Of a stretch of 64,000 nucleotides of DNA, positions 59,460-64,000 are shown piece after piece (the first letter of the stretch is position 1; each line of letters opens with the position of its first letter). This stretch comes from an uncultured Bacteroidales bacterium (GTDB lineage: Bacteria; Bacteroidota; Bacteroidia; Bacteroidales; UBA10428). The stretch covers positions 91,871-155,870 of the forward strand of contig CAVQXX010000015.1 of the NCBI GenBank assembly GCA_963717995.1, in the 5' to 3' direction. The notes beneath the pieces were generated by a model. It made no database searches and had not been told where the DNA came from. It saw only the letters and a program-made list of their open reading frames with translations. A program made the translations under genes and the position numbers.

Positions 59460-59477
59460 TATGTATAAAAATGCATA
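59460..59477. promoter_or_regulatory. ARG-box-like operator candidate upstream of argF
   Basis: tatgtataaaaatgcata fits the 18-bp ARG-box pattern wnTGnATwwwwATnCAnw (TGTAT-AAAA-ATGCA). It lies about 40 nt upstream of the candidate -7 box. Only one clear box was seen. Confidence 0.3.
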
Positions 59478-59514
59478 AATGACAAATATCATGGAAGGAT
59501 GACGAATACTTAAT

Positions 59515-59522
59515 TATTTTTG
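59515..59522 (+). promoter_or_regulatory. Candidate -7 box upstream of argF
   Basis: tatttttg, 67 nt upstream of the ATG at 59589. Confidence 0.35.
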
Positions 59523-59588
59523 TTGCTTTACAATCAATGCGTGCAGTTCATATTGTCACTATCCCTAACCTATTAATATTTATTCATT

Positions 59589-60590
59589 ATGCCATTCAAT
59601 CTCCGTAACCGCAGTTTCCTGAAACTCCTGGATTTCACACCTGCAGAAATTAAATTCCTGCTTGATCTTTCGTTTGATCTTAAAAAGGCAAAATACTGCG
59701 GAACAGAACAACAGCGCCTGACCGGGAAAAATATTGCACTGATTTTTGAAAAGACATCCACACGCACCAGGTGTGCCTTTGAAGTAGCCGCCCATGATCA
59801 GGGGGCTCATGTTACCTTTCTTGATCCGGTGAGTTCACAGATAGGACACAAGGAGTCTGTTAAAGATTCTGCCCGTGTGCTTGGAAGGATGTTTGACGGA
59901 ATTGAATACAGGGGGCATGGTCAGAAGATAGTGGAAGAACTGGCTGAATATTCAGGTGTTCCGGTGTGGAACGGACTTACCAATGAATACCATCCAACCC
60001 AGGTTCTGGCTGATCTCATGACGATGATTGAACATTGTGACAAACCCCTGTCACAAATGAAATTCTGTTACCTTGGAGATGCCCGCAACAATATGGGAAA
60101 CTCCTTAATGGTTGGTTGTGCCAAAATGGGTATTGACTTCAGGGCTGCAGCTCCTGCAGTGTGTCAGCCGGCAGCTGATCTGGTGCAGACCTGCCGTGAT
60201 ATTGCCGGCACTACCGGGGCAAAAATCACTATTACTGACGATATAGCTCTTGCAGTGAAGGATGCCGACTTCTTATATACAGATGTATGGGTTTCCATGG
60301 GAGAACCCGCTTCAGTATGGGATGAACGGATTAAACTGCTTAAGCCATACCAGATAAACAACAAGGTAATGAAGCTCACTGGCAATCCGAAAGTTAAATT
60401 TTTACATTGCCTTCCTGCTTTTCACAACAGGGATACCAAGGTTGGGGAGGAGACTTACCAGAAATTTGGTCTTGAATCCATGGAGGTGACCGAAGAAGTA
60501 TTCGAATCAGCCGCTTCCATTGTATTTGACCAGGCAGAAAACAGGGTGCATACGATTAAGGCAGTTATGGTTGCCACCCTCGGTAAATAG
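59589..60590 (+). CDS. argF: Ornithine carbamoyltransferase (canonical ArgF/ArcB type)
   Basis: ..[13 protein letters not shown].., ..[11 protein letters not shown].., ..DVWVSMG.., ..FLHCLPAFH... Confidence 0.88.
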   Translation: MPFNLRNRSFLKLLDFTPAEIKFLLDLSFDLKKAKYCGTEQQRLTGKNIALIFEKTSTRTRCAFEVAAHDQGAHVTFLDPVSSQIGHKESVKDSARVLGRMFDGIEYRGHGQKIVEELAEYSGVPVWNGLTNEYHPTQVLADLMTMIEHCDKPLSQMKFCYLGDARNNMGNSLMVGCAKMGIDFRAAAPAVCQPAADLVQTCRDIAGTTGAKITITDDIALAVKDADFLYTDVWVSMGEPASVWDERIKLLKPYQINNKVMKLTGNPKVKFLHCLPAFHNRDTKVGEETYQKFGLESMEVTEEVFESAASIVFDQAENRVHTIKAVMVATLGK

Positions 60591-60651
60591 GGGTATTCCA
60601 AAAATAAAAACAATAATTGTATCTTGCCCCCCTAATTAATCCGGGGATTAT

Positions 60652-60659
60652 TATATTTG
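60652..60659 (+). promoter_or_regulatory. Candidate -7 box upstream of the NhaD/ArsB-like permease gene
   Basis: tatatttg, 30 nt upstream of the ATG at 60689. Confidence 0.4.
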
Positions 60660-60688
60660 TGGTTTTACAATAATAAATTTATCAGCCT

Positions 60689-61912
60689 ATGCTTTGTTTA
60701 GTTCCTACTATTGCCGGGATTCGACTGGAGTTTATCCTTTTTGCCCTCACTTTGATTGGTGTGGCCGTGTTTCACCACAAAACCATGTATGTAGCGTTAA
60801 CCGGACTGGCAGCTATCCTGATCGCCAAATATGTCTTTAGTGATTTTTCCATGGTTTCGCATATTGTGGGAACACCTTCCAGGGAAGGAGAATGGAGGAT
60901 ACTGCTGAACCTGCTTGGTCTGCTCTTTGGTTTCGCCATACTGGCTGAACATTTTAAAGAATCACGGTTCCCTGAAATTCTTCCGAATTATCTGCCGAAT
61001 GATTGGAAAGGCGGCTTTTTACTGCTGCTTTTCATCGCGATATTATCCTCATTCCTCGACAATATAGCTGCTGCCATGATCGGTGGTACAATTGCGCTTG
61101 TAGTATTCAAAGGCAAGGTACATCTGGGTTATCTGGCTGCCATTATTGCAGCGAGCAATGCAGGAGGGGCGGGCAGCGTTGTTGGTGACACCACCACCAC
61201 CCTGATGTGGATTGACGGGGTTAATCCACTGGATGTATTGCATGCTTTTATAGCTTCATTTGCGGCAATTGCAGTTTTTGGTATAATAGCATCAATTCAG
61301 CAAGACCGGTATCATCGGATTGTAAGTGACAGTCCCAAAAATGTAAAGGTTGACTGGGGAAGGATCGGAATTGTTTTTTTCATCCTGATCTGTGCCATTT
61401 TCACAAACTGGACACTCGATTTCCCGGCTGCCGGAGTCTGGATTGCCATTCTAATTGGCGGATTTTTAAGAAAAACACCCTGGGGTGAATTGAAGAACGC
61501 CTGGATGGGAACGGTCTTCCTGATGGCCCTTGTCACCTGCGCATCCCTGATGCCAGTGGAAGACCTGCCCCCTGCTTCACACTGGACGGCTTTTGCATTG
61601 GGCTTTGTTTCTGCCGTGTTTGACAATATACCGCTTACAAAACTTTGCCTGGAGCAGGGCGGGTATGATTGGGGAGTATTGGCTTATGCCGTCGGATTTG
61701 GAGGCTCCATGATCTGGTTCGGTTCATCCGCCGGAGTTGCATTATCCAATATGTATCCCGAAGCCAAGAATACGGTGAATTATATTAAAAAGGGCTGGCA
61801 TGTAACCGTCGCCTATGTAATTGGCTTTTTTGTAATGTATTACACTGTTGGCTGGCATCCCCATGCACCACATAAAAAACAAATGCAACAGGAAGTAGAG
61901 ATGACGAAGTAA
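60689..61912 (+). CDS. Ion-transporter superfamily permease (NhaD/ArsB/citrate-transporter-like)
   Basis: 407 aa, about 11-12 TM segments, duplicated ..FLDNIAAAMI.. / ..VFDNIPLT.. hairpin-like motifs typical of the ArsB/NhaD group. Confidence 0.6.
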   Translation: MLCLVPTIAGIRLEFILFALTLIGVAVFHHKTMYVALTGLAAILIAKYVFSDFSMVSHIVGTPSREGEWRILLNLLGLLFGFAILAEHFKESRFPEILPNYLPNDWKGGFLLLLFIAILSSFLDNIAAAMIGGTIALVVFKGKVHLGYLAAIIAASNAGGAGSVVGDTTTTLMWIDGVNPLDVLHAFIASFAAIAVFGIIASIQQDRYHRIVSDSPKNVKVDWGRIGIVFFILICAIFTNWTLDFPAAGVWIAILIGGFLRKTPWGELKNAWMGTVFLMALVTCASLMPVEDLPPASHWTAFALGFVSAVFDNIPLTKLCLEQGGYDWGVLAYAVGFGGSMIWFGSSAGVALSNMYPEAKNTVNYIKKGWHVTVAYVIGFFVMYYTVGWHPHAPHKKQMQQEVEMTK

Positions 61913-61916
61913 TAGC

Positions 61917-62555
61917 TTACTTCAGCGACACAAGATTATTCTTAAATGCAAAGATTACAAGGGACAGGCTGTTTTTACAGCCTGTCTTTGCAAACAGGTT
62001 TGCCTTGTGATTGTCAATGGTACGGTCGCTTAAAAACAGTCTGGCAGATATCTCGGCCGTTCCCAAACCCTGGCAGATCAATTCAAGGATCTCCTGTTCA
62101 CGACTGGTAAGATTGATATTAGCCGGAGTTTGCTTACTGCGTATAAGCCTGAGAAGCAATTCCTGGGAAAAATAGGTTTTGCCATTCAGAATATCACGAA
62201 CAGCAGTTTTTAATTCCGAATTGTCCGCATCTTTCAGAATAAATCCTTTAACCCCGTTTTCAATGACACTGTTGTAGTATTGTTCATCGCCATACATTGA
62301 TACAACCAGAATTTTAATTTCAGGATGATCCGTTGCCAGGATCCTGCTTGCCTCTATTCCATTCAGAAAGGGCATGTTGATATCCATAATAACGAGATCC
62401 GGTACCAGTATGCCTGCGATTTCAACGAGCTCCTTTCCGTTAGGCACATCAGCAATCACTTCAATGTCGTTCAATTCCATCAGGATAAGCTTCAAACCCT
62501 GACGGAACAGGGAATGGTCATCAGCGATAATGACCCTGTATTTTTTATTTATCAT
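61917..62555 (-). CDS. NarL/FixJ (LuxR-type HTH) response regulator
   Basis: Receiver (..RVIIADDHSLFRQGL..DLVIMDINMP..) plus LuxR HTH (..LTSREQEILELICQGLGTAEISARLFLSDRTIDNHKANLF..). Confidence 0.88.
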   Translation of the reverse strand: MINKKYRVIIADDHSLFRQGLKLILMELNDIEVIADVPNGKELVEIAGILVPDLVIMDINMPFLNGIEASRILATDHPEIKILVVSMYGDEQYYNSVIENGVKGFILKDADNSELKTAVRDILNGKTYFSQELLLRLIRSKQTPANINLTSREQEILELICQGLGTAEISARLFLSDRTIDNHKANLFAKTGCKNSLSLVIFAFKNNLVSLK

Positions 62556-64000
62556 AATTGACAGCTGCAGTTTTTAAGCTCAGAAGTAGTTCAAATCCGT
62601 TTCCCGGACTCGTGATCATGTCCATACGTCCTCCTAGTGACTGTATTCTTGATTTGATATTATTGAGACCCATGCCCCTCGCCGGTGCATTAAAATATTT
62701 GTTCAGGTCAAAACCGATTCCATTGTCCTTATAACGGCAATCTAGTGATAATGTACTGTAATTCAAGCTAATATAAATGTCATGGGCCTGGGAATGCTTG
62801 ATCGTGTTATTTATCAGTTCTTTGATAACCCTGTAAACAACCGATTCAACAATTTCAGGAAATCTGGTCTTTCCGATATTCGACTGTAAATGTATGGCAA
62901 TATTTCTGGTAAACAGATCGGAGATATTTTGAATAGCCGCCATCAAGCCAAAATTCACCAGAATATGAGGGCTCATGTCATTTGATATATTCTTGATAGA
63001 TTCGATCATATCCCTGATTATAATGCTTATGTGGCTTGCAATATTGTTCTTTCTGTCAATGTTTTCATTTTCCATAAAAGAGGTAATGTATATTTTCAGG
63101 GCGGACATAAGCGGTCCGATTTCATCATGAAGGTCTTTGGCAATCCTGGTCCGCTCAACCTCCTCGGTCTGAATTATGGCTTCAATCAGCCGGCGCGACA
63201 GGAATTTCCTTTCTGTGATGTCCCGAACAATCGTTAGAACAGCTTGTTTCCGGTTAAATACGATCGGTACGCTGCTGATTTCAACGGGTATTATTTTATT
63301 GGAAAAAGGAGAAACAACTTCAATTTCAAAATGTCCGACTGCAATTCCTTCGCCCAGCAATTTACGGCGTTCCCCTATGACATCTTTAAATGTTGGCATA
63401 ACGTAATCAATCAGGTCCTCTTTCAGCACAAAATTCCTGTCAATGCCGAATTGCTTTAATAACGTATCATTTACCTCAAGAATTTTATAATTCATGTCAG
63501 ATATAAACATGCCATCGCTGGTACCGTTGAATATGTTCCTGAAATTTGTCTCGTTTTCACGTACAGACTCAAACAAAGAAATCAATTCATTTGTTCTTTC
63601 CTCCACAATCTTTTCCAGTTCTGTACGATACTTGTATAATTCATCACGTTGCTTTTTCTGTTCAATGGTTTTAAATACAGTAATGGGAAGAATTTTCAGA
63701 TAATTGTAATTCAAATCCTTTATGAGGTAGTCATAAGCACCTGCCTTAAGGGCTTTGACGGCTATTTCCTCACTGCCCTCACCGGTGATAATGATCAAAG
63801 GGGAATCGCCCAGATGCGGAAGAAGATTAATAGCCTGTCCATCTCCCAGATAGAAGTCAGATACTACCGCATGATATGTATTCTTTTTTAGAAAAGTGAT
63901 CGCATCTTTTACTGAGGCAGCAACATCTGATTTAAATGGGAAGGCTGAATCGTTTGATTCATGCTGGAAATACAACCTGTCAGCCAGGTTGTCTTCTATA
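62545..64000 (-). CDS. Hybrid sensor histidine kinase (N-terminal receiver, PAS, HisKA_3, HATPase_c), 5' end outside the window
   Basis: The frame stays open to the window edge (..IEDNLADRLYFQHES.. is the start of a receiver domain). PAS-like region (..NFRNIFNGTSDGMFISD..), HisKA_3 H-box (..ERTRIAKDLHDEIGPLMSAL..), ATPase G-boxes (..DNGIGF.., ..GMGLNNIKSRIQSLGG..). 11-nt overlap with the response-regulator gene. Confidence 0.85.
   Translation of the reverse strand, partial: IEDNLADRLYFQHESNDSAFPFKSDVAASVKDAITFLKKNTYHAVVSDFYLGDGQAINLLPHLGDSPLIIITGEGSEEIAVKALKAGAYDYLIKDLNYNYLKILPITVFKTIEQKKQRDELYKYRTELEKIVEERTNELISLFESVRENETNFRNIFNGTSDGMFISDMNYKILEVNDTLLKQFGIDRNFVLKEDLIDYVMPTFKDVIGERRKLLGEGIAVGHFEIEVVSPFSNKIIPVEISSVPIVFNRKQAVLTIVRDITERKFLSRRLIEAIIQTEEVERTRIAKDLHDEIGPLMSALKIYITSFMENENIDRKNNIASHISIIIRDMIESIKNISNDMSPHILVNFGLMAAIQNISDLFTRNIAIHLQSNIGKTRFPEIVESVVYRVIKELINNTIKHSQAHDIYISLNYSTLSLDCRYKDNGIGFDLNKYFNAPARGMGLNNIKSRIQSLGGRMDMITSPGNGFELLLSLKTAAVNYDK

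Overview
This 64 kb window looks like a Bacteroidota chromosome. The evidence is a T9SS C-terminal sorting domain, an ECF sigma/FecR pair followed by an STN plus CarboxypepD_reg module, TAnnTTTG-type -7 boxes upstream of many starts, and the overall gene content. No taxonomy search was possible.

Gene content is mainly core metabolism and envelope functions:
- Nucleotide, folate and lipid genes: purC, tmk, folP, cdaA, plsY, plsC.
- serC-serA and tpiA.
- A PEP/pyruvate node: pckA, ppdK, pyk.
- A phosphorolytic maltose/maltodextrin operon: MFS, pgmB, GH65, GH13.
- A small CAZyme cluster: DUF4038/GH140-like, GH29 fucosidase, SGNH hydrolase, CE1-type esterase.
- Several regulators.

I found no rRNA, tRNA, CRISPR array, transposase or prophage.

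Four things deserve a second look:
1. At 49.2-55.2 kb, an ECF sigma/FecR pair is followed by a barrel-less STN-CarboxypepD_reg protein and an MG2-repeat membrane protein, not by a TonB-dependent transducer. An Omp85-like barrel and a flippase-like gene lie next door. This is my best candidate for an undescribed envelope-signalling module.
2. Nearly every intergenic gap at a gene 3' end is filled with short-period (7-8 bp, one 18 bp) tandem arrays, palindromes and two dispersed repeat families. They often start on or within a few nt of the stop codon.
3. A T9SS-secreted protein is built from four almost identical 405-bp fasciclin repeats.
4. At least six conserved genes are split by single-base indels, four of them resolvable to homopolymer runs. 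This points to assembly error rather than biology and affects how any truncated-looking gene here should be read.

All functional calls rest on motifs I recognise by eye in the supplied translations. No database search was run.
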